58,532 nt of DNA from a virus (taxonomy: Duplodnaviria > Caudoviricetes). The position numbers were made by a program, and so were the translations under genes. Shown in pieces: positions 1 to 9,627 of this stretch; position 1 is the stretch's first letter; every line of letters begins with the position of its first letter. A model generated the notes under the pieces. That model was not told the DNA's origin. It was given only the letters and a program-made list of their open reading frames with translations, and did no database searches. The DNA is taken from positions 1 to 58,532 of the IMG/VR virus record IMGVR_UViG_3300028920_000078, one strand, 5' to 3'.

Positions 1-2519
1 CCTGTGAAATAGTTGGAATACACGAAGTTGTCGTATGATGCTCCAACAGTGAAATAGTTCCTTGATGAAAAGTCGTTTCCTGTTGTGGCTAAAGTGGTGT
101 ATGCGTCTATGCTTCCGTCTCTGTATATGCTGTAGTTCGTTCCGTCTTTTACCATTGTGACCTGTGTCCATGTGCCAGAAGTCAAAGCCTTGTTTCCATT
201 CATGTAGTACGTTCCACCTGTTTCGTTTCTGATAAACCATCTTATTCTACTGCTCTGTATCTGTGCGTAAGACTCAACTTCATATCCGCTTTTGTTGGAA
301 ACATAACCGAAAGGCACTTGACCATTACCCAATGACATGGGCTTTATCCAAGCTGACATAGTGTAATCGTCCACGTTATCTCTAGGAACATAAGTTGGGC
401 TGAACTTCTTGGCTATTGTCGAGCCGTTGAAATAAAGCGAATAGTCTCCTACAACATAGTCAGTTGAGTATGACGCTCCTACAATGGTTAGGTCGTCATC
501 GTTTCCTGAAATGTCTTCTGCTACAGAGCCGCTACCTTCCTCGAATCCGTAATTGAGCAGGGTATCATCAAGGTTATATATTTCCTTTGATGTTACTAAG
601 TACATCTCTTTTATTTCATCTGCTGTAAGGCTTCTGTTAATTACCATAGGTGATTCTATTGTGCCATTCCAAAATAGAGTATCAGTAGTCGTGTAAGTTG
701 CACCTATAAATGAAGTATTTGTCTCTATGTCTGTGTCGCTTGTTTGTGATGAATTGCTTGCTAATAATAAACCATCGTAGTACAAGAATGACCCTGATGA
801 TGATTTAACTCCTACTATATGATGCCATGTATCTTTTTCGAAGTTGCTTGGGTGTGATGCTACAATGGATTTTATTGCGCCAGATTCAAACCATGTGAAC
901 TGCAACTCGTCTGATAAATCCCTTGAGTACAATGTTTTCCTTGTGCTTGCTATGGGTACTGACATAATCATCATATTGTTTCCGTTTCCTGCTGTGGAAG
1001 GGTCTACAGCAGGCTTGACCCATGCTGAAAATGTATAATTATTAACAAGATTGCTTATAGATACATCAGCAGGTATTTCAACTTTGTTAGACCCATCAAA
1101 GCTCAATGCGTAATTGCCAAGCTTTGCGTCTGTAGTTCGTGTCGCACCTGTAATTGTTCCATCGTTTTCGTATTTGCTTTCATCGTATGCTGTGCTTCCT
1201 GCGCCTTCCTCGAATCTCCATAGTCCTACTGTGTCTTCGTCTGGTGCAAAGTCTATGTAGGAGCTTAAAGTGGTGTTTATTCCTGTTACTGAGTCATTAT
1301 ACCTATCCCAAGGCTTTGCGTTGAAAAAGTCTCCAGAAGTGGTGTAATTAAGCCTTATAGCATTGTCTGAGGGGCTTGCGGCTGTGTTCGAGTAGTTATA
1401 AGGTTCTGTTCCGTTTATCTCAAGGTAATCCCATGTCGGGTCGAATGTAGATACGAAAAGGCAGGTGTCGTTCTCTATGCAGTCGCAGTTGGGTACTGTA
1501 GTTCCCCAGTAGACTAAATCCCATTTACCGAATGACTCGTTTATGTCTGGCTTGACCCATAGCTTGTATTCGTGGCTTTCGTATGCATCGAACTGAAGAC
1601 CTATATCTGACTTGTACCATTTCTTTCCATTCTTGTTTATCTTGGTGAAGTAGTCTGAATAGTCTGTCCAGTTGCCGTCATCGTCCTGAATCCACAATTT
1701 CCCTGCTCTTATGTTGTTGTCGAAAGCGTAAGCCATGCAAAGCCTTCCTGTTGCTCCTTTGTTGTTGTCTATCTTGAAATCGTACTTTAGCCAGTTGTCA
1801 GACCAATCTGAGATATGGTAAGGCTTTACAGTCATGTCTATCCATGAATCTTCGTAATAACCAACATTGTCTGTTACGTTCCATGTTGGGTCTGGGTCGA
1901 ACATCCTGAAGTTATATACTTCATAATCACTATCAATTAAATATTGAGCAGATATAGAATCTTCACCATAAGGCCATCCTGCTTTCGCCCAGATATATCC
2001 TTTATTTAATACCACTTTTAATTTTCCAAACTGAATCTCTAATTCTCCATTTAAGTCATATCTACCTGTATTAACATAAATATCATCAATTGTATATCTG
2101 TATCTAGTAGCACCTGAACTATATCCATTTATAATTTCAACCTTGTGTCTATAAGGGAACCAAACTTTATCTTTGATATCACCACTAAAAAATATTGTAT
2201 CTATTATTGTAGCTCCCCTTTGATAAGGTGTTACTCTCATAACTACAAAATCATCTTCAACATCCAAATTATTTTCGTTTGTTTCAATATATATTCCTGT
2301 TCTATCTCTATTCATTAAACTAGAACCATCATAAAGTCTATTATATTCTCTTCCAGCAACTATCCACCTGCTTGTATCTTCATTCATGATATACAATGTA
2401 TTTTTATCATTATCTATTCTAAATTTGACATTTTCTCCTTGTAAATTAACATATACAACTCCAGAAGAAAGTATTAATACTGTCAAAAATCCTATAATAA
2501 ATCTTTTATCTATCTTCAT
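1..2519 (-). CDS. Large secreted LamG/concanavalin-A-like domain adhesin or surface glycoprotein (runs off window start; absent from ORF track)
   Basis: Manual translation from ATG 2519 (ATGA overlap with upstream stop): MKIDKRFIIGFLTVLILSSGVVYV (signal/TM), then two LamG-type repeats (VGLWRFEEGAGSTAYDES...YALSFDG...TFSAWVKP...WHHIVGV; YGFEEGSGSVAEDISGN...TMSAWIKP...WTQVTMV); open to base 1. Confidence 0.85.
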   Translation of the reverse strand, partial: MKIDKRFIIGFLTVLILSSGVVYVNLQGENVKFRIDNDKNTLYIMNEDTSRWIVAGREYNRLYDGSSLMNRDRTGIYIETNENNLDVEDDFVVMRVTPYQRGATIIDTIFFSGDIKDKVWFPYRHKVEIINGYSSGATRYRYTIDDIYVNTGRYDLNGELEIQFGKLKVVLNKGYIWAKAGWPYGEDSISAQYLIDSDYEVYNFRMFDPDPTWNVTDNVGYYEDSWIDMTVKPYHISDWSDNWLKYDFKIDNNKGATGRLCMAYAFDNNIRAGKLWIQDDDGNWTDYSDYFTKINKNGKKWYKSDIGLQFDAYESHEYKLWVKPDINESFGKWDLVYWGTTVPNCDCIENDTCLFVSTFDPTWDYLEINGTEPYNYSNTAASPSDNAIRLNYTTSGDFFNAKPWDRYNDSVTGINTTLSSYIDFAPDEDTVGLWRFEEGAGSTAYDESKYENDGTITGATRTTDAKLGNYALSFDGSNKVEIPADVSISNLVNNYTFSAWVKPAVDPSTAGNGNNMMIMSVPIASTRKTLYSRDLSDELQFTWFESGAIKSIVASHPSNFEKDTWHHIVGVKSSSGSFLYYDGLLLASNSSQTSDTDIETNTSFIGATYTTTDTLFWNGTIESPMVINRSLTADEIKEMYLVTSKEIYNLDDTLLNYGFEEGSGSVAEDISGNDDDLTIVGASYSTDYVVGDYSLYFNGSTIAKKFSPTYVPRDNVDDYTMSAWIKPMSLGNGQVPFGYVSNKSGYEVESYAQIQSSRIRWFIRNETGGTYYMNGNKALTSGTWTQVTMVKDGTNYSIYRDGSIDAYTTLATTGNDFSSRNYFTVGASYDNFVYSNYFT

Positions 2520-2869
2520 ACGTCCTCAACCTCGAAGCTTATATTAGAATTAACTACTCCTCCGCCAAATCCATGTTCAGTTATTCTTATAGAATTAGGA
2601 TCAAATGGTGCCAAGCTTGTGTTCAAACCAATTTGCTGTAATTCTTCCGTGAAATTAATAGTGGCAGATATCACAGAATCTGTCAGATTTGTTGAACCAT
2701 TATTATAGATTTTTACCTGTATTCTATAATGAAAATCGCTCATATTCTTATCCCAATGAGGAATTATTCCTATCTCCTTTTTGGGGATAATTATATTACC
2801 TTTAACCATTACAATAATTACAGAACTGGATATCAATAAAATCAAAAATACTATTATTAAGCTTTTCAT
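2516..2869 (-). CDS. Small secreted protein resembling the N-terminal half of a DUF2341-like domain
   Basis: Hydrophobic N-terminus; W..FHYRIQVKIYN...INFT...FDPNSIRITE pattern. Confidence 0.55.
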   Translation of the reverse strand: MKSLIIVFLILLISSSVIIVMVKGNIIIPKKEIGIIPHWDKNMSDFHYRIQVKIYNNGSTNLTDSVISATINFTEELQQIGLNTSLAPFDPNSIRITEHGFGGGVVNSNISFEVEDV

Positions 2870-2906
2870 ATTCTCCTCCTATTAGGATAAATCCTCCAAT
2901 CAGGAT

Positions 2907-3311
2907 TTAAGCAACATCAATATATACAACATTCATATTAAGCTTAGAACCTACATTGGCTCCAAGACTAGCATATATTTGGAGTTTCTTTGTGCTTTCT
3001 AAATATAGACATCTTACCTTATTATTAGCTCCAAGATATGATTCTCCTATCCATACTCCGGCACTATCAGCATGAGTTATATCTCTCTCATTAGCTGACA
3101 TGGCAGAATCCTTTCTACCAAGGATGACATAATTATTATCGTCTCCTGCTGGATAATAACAATCTGCCCACAGAATTACTGGTGTCGTACCTTTAGCCAA
3201 TGTCACATTATAACTTCCAGCACCTGTATAACTAATGCTAGCTTTCTGTTGATATATTTTGACGTTACCCTTCATTATCCTATCCAATAATTGAATTTCC
3301 GTTAATGCCAT
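2907..3311 (-). CDS. Hypothetical virion protein
   Basis: GGTGA SD; beta-rich; located in structural operon. Confidence 0.5.
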   Translation of the reverse strand: MALTEIQLLDRIMKGNVKIYQQKASISYTGAGSYNVTLAKGTTPVILWADCYYPAGDDNNYVILGRKDSAMSANERDITHADSAGVWIGESYLGANNKVRCLYLESTKKLQIYASLGANVGSKLNMNVVYIDVA

Positions 3312-3320
3312 AATTTCACC

Positions 3321-3611
3321 TTAACATATTAACATATTATCTAATATTCCTCTACATTTGTCACCTAACGATTGTAGGTTATCACATCTAACCATTTTTG
3401 AAAGTATTTTCTTGTTTTTATTTTCTTCATCACATTCTCTTGTAATTTCACGAAAAAATGATAATCCACCTTGTATTCCTGAAACTATAACCGCCGCATA
3501 AAATAATAAATCAAGAGGGATTGACTGTGTTAATCCTTGCAGAGTTATCAATCCCCCAAGAGTACTAAAAAAGGCTGTGCCAGTCACGCCTAAAACTTTG
3601 ATCCATTTCAT
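3321..3611 (-). CDS. Two-TM membrane protein (holin-like)
   Basis: Two hydrophobic helices plus charged C-terminus; SD GGTGA. Confidence 0.5.
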   Translation of the reverse strand: MKWIKVLGVTGTAFFSTLGGLITLQGLTQSIPLDLLFYAAVIVSGIQGGLSFFREITRECDEENKNKKILSKMVRCDNLQSLGDKCRGILDNMLIC

Positions 3612-3626
3612 CGTATTTCACCGCGA

Positions 3627-4094
3627 CTAAGCTTGGGCCCTATTCTTTAGGTCTGTCAACTCGTAGACAACCTTTATAAGAGAATGTCCAAATGCTACTC
3701 CAGTGCCTCCGCTTATTGTGGCTACTGTGACAACATCACCTGCTGTCAAATATTTATGTGTGGAATTGAGAGCGGTTGCCGCCGTATCAAATCCTACCAT
3801 ATCTATTTCTTTGTAAGCACCAAGAACAGTTCCTCCTGAAATTGTATTTCCTGTCGTACCAGATATGATTACATTGGAATCTGTCCCAGCCGAGCCCTTG
3901 TCATAAAAATATATTTGTTCATAGTTTGTGTCGCTTCTAGCTATGGCTGTATCTGTGGCAAAAGATATCTTTCTAATTACACAATTGGCTGGTGCTATAA
4001 ATACAGGAACCTGTATATTGGCACTACCAATGGCTTTATCTTTCAGGTAGAACAACGATTCTCTTGTCTGATCTCCTTGCTTTATCTTATACAT
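3627..4094 (-). CDS. Putative minor virion protein
   Basis: G/T/A-rich beta protein directly after the capsid gene; SD GAGGTGA. Confidence 0.5.
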   Translation of the reverse strand: MYKIKQGDQTRESLFYLKDKAIGSANIQVPVFIAPANCVIRKISFATDTAIARSDTNYEQIYFYDKGSAGTDSNVIISGTTGNTISGGTVLGAYKEIDMVGFDTAATALNSTHKYLTAGDVVTVATISGGTGVAFGHSLIKVVYELTDLKNRAQA

Positions 4095-4109
4095 ATTTCA
4101 TATCACCTC

Positions 4110-4138
4110 AAATAAATAAAATAAGGGAGTGACCCTTA
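4110..4138 (-). terminator. Hairpin plus T-rich terminator after the major capsid gene
   Basis: Minus strand TAAGGG-TCACT-CCCTTA followed by TTTTATTTATTT. Confidence 0.55.
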
Positions 4139-5095
4139 GGTCACATCCGTTATCTTATATATTCTATGCGTCAAGGGAGTTGTTTCGCTGTATGTGTTGA
4201 TTCCATCCCAAGTCACCAGAGCACCAGTTGCCATTTTCTGTGTGTACATATCTCCACGACCGTGTAGTCTGCTGTGTTCAACTAGTTGCACCTGCCTTCT
4301 TGTCGCTTCTGCGGTACTGAAATCTAGTCCCTTACAAGTTCCCTTACCCTGCACGAAAACCAAACAGTCATCTTCTAGACCATTTAGGTATGCTGTTCCA
4401 TTTTCGTCTACTGGAGGTCTATAAGCAAAGAATCCCAGATTGAAACTCTTTCCTAGATAGTCCCCAAGCGTTCGCTGTACATTCTGTATCAGGGTTAGTT
4501 TTTGCAATTCAAAAGCGACGTCTGCTGGCATAACACAAGACATTTTCTCGGTGAATTCACCATCTGCATTAGCTTTGACGTTTGAATTCGCCATTATTGT
4601 ACTAAGTGCTGTGGTTATATCACCTTCTATATCTGCGTTATTTGCATCCCAATTGGCTGTGGCTGCCGCTGATGTGCCCATACCATTCATCAATGCACTT
4701 AACACTCTATAATCTCTCACCGCCGCAAAGTACTCAGATGCTGAACTAACCGCATCTTTCCAAAGCGTAGAGGGATCTCTAGACTGCAATTTTGCACCTT
4801 CTGTTATGAGATATGGATATATGCTCCATTTAAGATTTGTTTTCATCTGCCTATATCTTATTCTGGTTGGATCAAATCCACCGTCAACTTGGACGTCATC
4901 CTCTCCCTGTCTTCCTCGTGTTACATCTTCCTTATACATCAAATCGTTGATTGTCATGGTCGGAATACCGGCCATTGATGTGACTGCCATAAGCTTTGAC
5001 GCCTGATATATTATATCCTGCGCCTGAACGGCCTTCTTAGGCACAATCGTCCTCGAGTAGTCTCCGTATCTTTCTAGTCCTGCCATATTAAACAC
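4136..5095 (-). CDS. Major capsid protein (HK97 fold inferred)
   Basis: 319 aa; position after protease/scaffold and decoration genes; ends IYKITDVT; followed by terminator; likely start 5086. Confidence 0.7.
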   Translation of the reverse strand: MFNMAGLERYGDYSRTIVPKKAVQAQDIIYQASKLMAVTSMAGIPTMTINDLMYKEDVTRGRQGEDDVQVDGGFDPTRIRYRQMKTNLKWSIYPYLITEGAKLQSRDPSTLWKDAVSSASEYFAAVRDYRVLSALMNGMGTSAAATANWDANNADIEGDITTALSTIMANSNVKANADGEFTEKMSCVMPADVAFELQKLTLIQNVQRTLGDYLGKSFNLGFFAYRPPVDENGTAYLNGLEDDCLVFVQGKGTCKGLDFSTAEATRRQVQLVEHSRLHGRGDMYTQKMATGALVTWDGINTYSETTPLTHRIYKITDVT

Positions 5096-5097
5096 CT

Positions 5098-5550
5098 CTA
5101 ACTGTTACCTGCTCCTTTTGCTGTTCCTTGATGGGTATCAAGTAAGACAGTAACCAAATCACCTGCTGTTGCTGTTACGTCAGCGTCTTCCATGTATGTT
5201 CCAATAACCTTGGCACCATTTCCGGCACCACCATTGTCCATACAGTATCCCGCTGTATTTCCTACATGAACTCTTTCGTTCATGGCTGTATAGGTGACTG
5301 CTGTTGACTTAACTCGGACCATATGCCCACTACCTAGAAGATGTACACCTATCTTTTCTCCACTTCTAGTACTTCTTGCTGTTCCTTCATCATCTACAAC
5401 TGCATCATCTGCAATCGCTACGGCTGTATCACCAGATGCTGATGTTGGAGTCAAGTAAGCACCAGATGCCTTCAAGATAGTACCCTCATAGATAGTTTGA
5501 CCTGCATAAACAGGCCTATTTATTGGTACTGAGTTATCTACTGATGTCAT
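5098..5550 (-). CDS. Head decoration/capsid cement protein
   Basis: Small G/A/T-rich protein (AVAIADD...ATAGDLVTVLL) between scaffold and MCP genes. Confidence 0.6.
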   Translation of the reverse strand: MTSVDNSVPINRPVYAGQTIYEGTILKASGAYLTPTSASGDTAVAIADDAVVDDEGTARSTRSGEKIGVHLLGSGHMVRVKSTAVTYTAMNERVHVGNTAGYCMDNGGAGNGAKVIGTYMEDADVTATAGDLVTVLLDTHQGTAKGAGNS

Positions 5551-6716
5551 TTATTAACACCCTGCTTTACTATTGATGCTACAAAATCTTCCTTGGAACT
5601 TCCCCAAAGAGATTCAAACGACCCTTTATCGCTATTGTTGTCGTCAGCTGGTAGTGAACCACTACCCTCATTAGAGGCTGAAAACTGCTTTACGGCCTTC
5701 AACTCAAGGAGTTTTCTGTCAAAATTCTTTGCTGACAAATTCTCTTCTAGTATGGAAGCTATAAGATCCTTGTGTTCTTCTTTGTCGAACACATCTTCAA
5801 GCTTTGCTTTTCTTTCTGCTTTCACATACTCCTGTAGCCTCGCTTCTGTCTTTTCAAGCTTCTCTTCTGTTTCCTGTACTTTCTTCTCTGCTTCCTGAAG
5901 CTTCTCTTTTGTTTCCTCTTCCTCCGGCGACTTGGTTTGGGTTTCTTCGCCTTCTGAAGGAGGTTTATCAGACAGCTCACTAACTTTGTCATTTAGATCT
6001 TCTATCTCGCCGTCTTTCTCTGCGATGACTTTGTCTTTCTGTGTTATCTCCTCGGTCTTGGCTTCTAATTCCTTCTCTTTGCTAGCCAGTTTTTCCTCCG
6101 ATTCCTTTATTTTTGCTTCAAATTCTTTTTTCTCCTTCATGTCCATTTTACCACCTTGTATAGCCGCCATCAGAACGTTGTTTATGTTACCTGCACCTAC
6201 TTCTCCATAAGCTGGCTCTGATGTCAGCGAGTGTTCCCGTAATTTGGAACCATAACAAGTAACCCTGCAGACTTCTCCTTCATACTTCTTTCCTACTAAG
6301 TGTTCACATTCTCTTATATCCTTTCCACAAACACTACATTCTGCTTTTTCGTAGGTTACTTTTGGACTAACTCCCATATTCTCTGCCGTCCATTCACCAT
6401 TCTCGAACTTTTCTATAACTTTTGGATTTGAACTTTCCGACTTATAATTTAAATCATCGGTGTTAGTATCATAAAAAGCTTCTAACCCTTGTCCTACAAC
6501 ATTAAAGTCATCATCAGAATGTTGCATCTTCAAAGGATTTCCTTTAAATTTAGAAGCCATCTTCTGTAAATCTTCCGAAACACTTCTCCAATTATTTTCG
6601 TTATACTTAGAATTCATTAATGTTCCCATTATAATAGCTTTTTTCTTTCCATCTTTCCCTGCTATAACTTCTATTTTCGGTTTACTTGCCATAAATTCTA
6701 ACTGTAAAGGTTTCAT
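5547..6716 (-). CDS. Prohead protease fused to coiled-coil scaffold
   Basis: GNPLKMQH, MGVSP, CSVCG..CEH, EHSLTSEPAY protease-like motifs; E/K-rich coiled-coil C-terminal half. Confidence 0.75.
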   Translation of the reverse strand: MKPLQLEFMASKPKIEVIAGKDGKKKAIIMGTLMNSKYNENNWRSVSEDLQKMASKFKGNPLKMQHSDDDFNVVGQGLEAFYDTNTDDLNYKSESSNPKVIEKFENGEWTAENMGVSPKVTYEKAECSVCGKDIRECEHLVGKKYEGEVCRVTCYGSKLREHSLTSEPAYGEVGAGNINNVLMAAIQGGKMDMKEKKEFEAKIKESEEKLASKEKELEAKTEEITQKDKVIAEKDGEIEDLNDKVSELSDKPPSEGEETQTKSPEEEETKEKLQEAEKKVQETEEKLEKTEARLQEYVKAERKAKLEDVFDKEEHKDLIASILEENLSAKNFDRKLLELKAVKQFSASNEGSGSLPADDNNSDKGSFESLWGSSKEDFVASIVKQGVNK

Positions 6717-7315
6717 TTGCCTGTCTCCTTTCTTAATATATTTTGTAATTCTTTCCTCGTCTTACTTTTCATTTCTGCTGACATAGAAACGGGTTTTCCT
6801 TTCTCCAATCTAGCTATTGCATTCCTCAAATGTGGAATATCAACATTTCCTTCTAAATCTTTATAAGTCAAATGTCTTTTCGCTCTAGGAGTAGTTTTTC
6901 CTTCTTTATCTTTCTTTCCGCCTGTTTCTATCCAAGCAAATGCGCTATCTGGCAAATTATTAATATATGCTCTAGACCAGGTAACGTCATTTAATGAAGC
7001 AGAAGGCTTAGGAACTTGTCCTCTTCGTTTAATAGACTCCTTGTGAATCATGTCTTTCTGTTCATCAGTCAGCTCATTAAACATCTTCTTAAATAGTTCC
7101 TTCGCCAACTTGTCCCGAAACCTAACAGGTTCTGTGTACGCCTTCATACTCATAATCTCCGCCTTGGCAGATGCTGTAATTTTTTCTGGCATTGGCTTGG
7201 TGTCATCTAGCTTATATTTGTTGAGCCAACTAAAATAGTAAGAATCGCCTTTCTCTTTACCATATCTACGAATAAAAGAATCATATATTTTTTGGAAATC
7301 TTTATGTTTTGGCAT
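6713..7315 (-). CDS. Conserved head-module protein
   Basis: MPKHKDFQKIY N-terminal module and WSRAYINNLPDSAFA...RHL.YKD..G.VD.PHLRNA.AR module typical of viral head-gene neighbourhoods. Confidence 0.5.
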   Translation of the reverse strand: MPKHKDFQKIYDSFIRRYGKEKGDSYYFSWLNKYKLDDTKPMPEKITASAKAEIMSMKAYTEPVRFRDKLAKELFKKMFNELTDEQKDMIHKESIKRRGQVPKPSASLNDVTWSRAYINNLPDSAFAWIETGGKKDKEGKTTPRAKRHLTYKDLEGNVDIPHLRNAIARLEKGKPVSMSAEMKSKTRKELQNILRKETGK

Positions 7316-7405
7316 ATACCATCTACTCTTCAATTGTGACTTGACATTTAAATATATACAGTATTAAGAATTAAAGATTGATTAATATTTTGTTTGAATT
7401 ATGAA

Positions 7406-7600
7406 TTATTTTTCCTTTAACACAACAAATTTCTCTCCGCCACGTACTCGAACACACATTTTATTTCTAAGCTTTACCAAACTTATGCTTGCAGAATATT
7501 CTGCCTCTTTATCTATCAACTTAGAATATTCGTGAGGTAGGACCACGGCTAATCTCCCATTAGAAACTCTTGTCAACTTTCCATAAATACAAACCTTCAT
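7406..7600 (-). CDS. AbrB/MazE-like small DNA-binding protein
   Basis: GKLTRVSNGRLAVVLPHEY swapped-hairpin pattern. Confidence 0.4.
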   Translation of the reverse strand: MKVCIYGKLTRVSNGRLAVVLPHEYSKLIDKEAEYSASISLVKLRNKMCVRVRGGEKFVVLKEK

Positions 7601-8052
7601 AAGAACATTCTCCCGGCCACCTTTCCCATGTATTTATTTACCTGTATGGCACCATACTCCACAAAGAACTTACCTCTTACAGGAGGATGTTTAACCTTTT
7701 TAAAGTATGCCACTCTATCCAATTTATCCCAATGAAATCTCATAGCCTTTGTATTTTTTGGTTGTATGGTATAATAATGTCTTATTCCTCTATTCACATA
7801 AGCCGCATATTCTAAATCAGAACCTACTTGCAATAAAAGATTATCTGCAGATGTAATTAGATTGTATACTCCATTAGCACTAGGATTTCCAATACTATCC
7901 CACAACTTTCCTCTAGGAATCTCTCTTCTCATGGAATCTATCGCTACATCACCAATCTCCATCATTAATTTGACTTTATTCAGCTTTACATTTCCTTTTA
8001 TTCTGTCAATCAAATTCATCCATGGTGTTAAATCTAATCTTAAATTTACCAT
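7597..8052 (-). CDS. HK97 gp10-like neck/tail-completion protein
   Basis: GKLWDSI...VGSDLEYAAYVNRG...I.PK..KAMRF.W...VKHP...FF. Confidence 0.65.
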   Translation of the reverse strand: MVNLRLDLTPWMNLIDRIKGNVKLNKVKLMMEIGDVAIDSMRREIPRGKLWDSIGNPSANGVYNLITSADNLLLQVGSDLEYAAYVNRGIRHYYTIQPKNTKAMRFHWDKLDRVAYFKKVKHPPVRGKFFVEYGAIQVNKYMGKVAGRMFL

Positions 8053-8053
8053 A

Positions 8054-9616
8054 TTATCTACTTGTTTGTTCTATTGGACCAGGAGAACCTTTTGGAATGG
8101 GTTTTCCTATTTCCGGATGTTGTCTGTCTTTAGACATTATTTTCTCTTCTTTACCTAAATCCTTCAAATCGAATCCCCATTCCTCCACCAATTTGGGAGG
8201 AAGTTTTGTATAACCGCTCCTGGCATAGTTGAATATCGTTGCACTCTTCATTCTCTCAACTTCTACATTTCTCTCTATCTCTAACCTATCTAGAGGCTTT
8301 CCTTCAATTCTCAAAATATTTTCCGAATATCCCCCTTGCTTCAATAGTGGTTTTATTAATTCATTATTAAATACAGAAAAGTCGTTATCCCTGATTAGCG
8401 CCAAACTGTCTTCTAAATCTCTTGGAAGCCTTTCTAACATCTTTGAGCTGGTAACGTCTATTCTTCCTGGAAAATCAAGACCGAATATTCCATTCTTTAT
8501 GAAATCCGAATACATTTGTATAAATTCTATATATTTGGGAAGATTGGCGCTAGGATTAATTACTTTCACATCCAAACCATACTCTGCTAACATTGCCAAT
8601 GTTTCACCTGTTGACCATTTCGTAACCAACGTATTAAGATTTGAGAAGATATCTTTTCTATATAATTCTCTAGCCTTCTCTGCTGTACCATCTCCACCTC
8701 CTTCAGATCGGAAATATTTCTGCGGAATTTGAGCCGTAGCCAAATTAACATTCTCGTTTCCTACTACAACCCAAACCTGTGGTCCGTATCTTCTACAAAC
8801 CAGTTCAACAATATTTTCTATCGTTTTCTTTGCTTCAATTAATCTTAATGCTCTCTTCACAGGAGATACACATTTAAATTTTCCTCTCTCTCCTAGAGTG
8901 AAAAACATCACCTCTTCTCTGGTAAAGTAAAACCAGTTATTAGTATATGAAGGATTTCCTTGTTGGTCATATTGTACAATATTTCCTTGCTGTACTAAAG
9001 ATATTTCTGCATTCTTTCTTTTCGGATCTAATCCCTTTCCAAGCTTTCCTCCTAACTCGCCTGTGGAAAGATTTCTTATTGGATTACAATCTTTTGGATC
9101 TAACTCAACCAGTCCAACAATATTTCCATGTTTATTAAGAACCTTTTTAACTGGAGACCATCCAAGAATGGCCCTATTCATTATTATAGAGTTATATTTC
9201 CTCCTAAAATCAAGCTTATTCAATTTAGAAATCATATATTCTTTGGCTTTCTCAGCCTGTTTATTTTCTTTATCACAAATGATTTCATATCCATTATTCA
9301 ATATTGAACACAATCTCATCACGTTTCTATAAACTACAATATCATTCTCAAACGCCCATAGACATCCTTCATCATCTCTGTCAATATGTATTCTAACAGA
9401 CCTATCATCTTCTGTTTCTTCCATAGATGCGGAATCATCTATTGGCTGACTGCCATGAGTATCTTTACTTGTTACCTTTCCAGGCATATCCCCCACTATT
9501 GTACTTGCGGCCACAAAATATGTGGCTCCCTGTTTATCTGTTCCGGCTACTTTAAGGTTTCCATCCGCTACTCCTTGAATAACGTCATCTTCATTTTTAT
9601 ATTCCTTATCAGCCAT
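8054..9616 (-). CDS. Portal protein
   Basis: About 520 aa directly after TerL; GGAGGTG SD before MADKE; portal-like SP...A..L and RYG.P motifs. Confidence 0.7.
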   Translation of the reverse strand: MADKEYKNEDDVIQGVADGNLKVAGTDKQGATYFVAASTIVGDMPGKVTSKDTHGSQPIDDSASMEETEDDRSVRIHIDRDDEGCLWAFENDIVVYRNVMRLCSILNNGYEIICDKENKQAEKAKEYMISKLNKLDFRRKYNSIIMNRAILGWSPVKKVLNKHGNIVGLVELDPKDCNPIRNLSTGELGGKLGKGLDPKRKNAEISLVQQGNIVQYDQQGNPSYTNNWFYFTREEVMFFTLGERGKFKCVSPVKRALRLIEAKKTIENIVELVCRRYGPQVWVVVGNENVNLATAQIPQKYFRSEGGGDGTAEKARELYRKDIFSNLNTLVTKWSTGETLAMLAEYGLDVKVINPSANLPKYIEFIQMYSDFIKNGIFGLDFPGRIDVTSSKMLERLPRDLEDSLALIRDNDFSVFNNELIKPLLKQGGYSENILRIEGKPLDRLEIERNVEVERMKSATIFNYARSGYTKLPPKLVEEWGFDLKDLGKEEKIMSKDRQHPEIGKPIPKGSPGPIEQTSR

Positions 9617-9627
9617 TTTAACACCTC

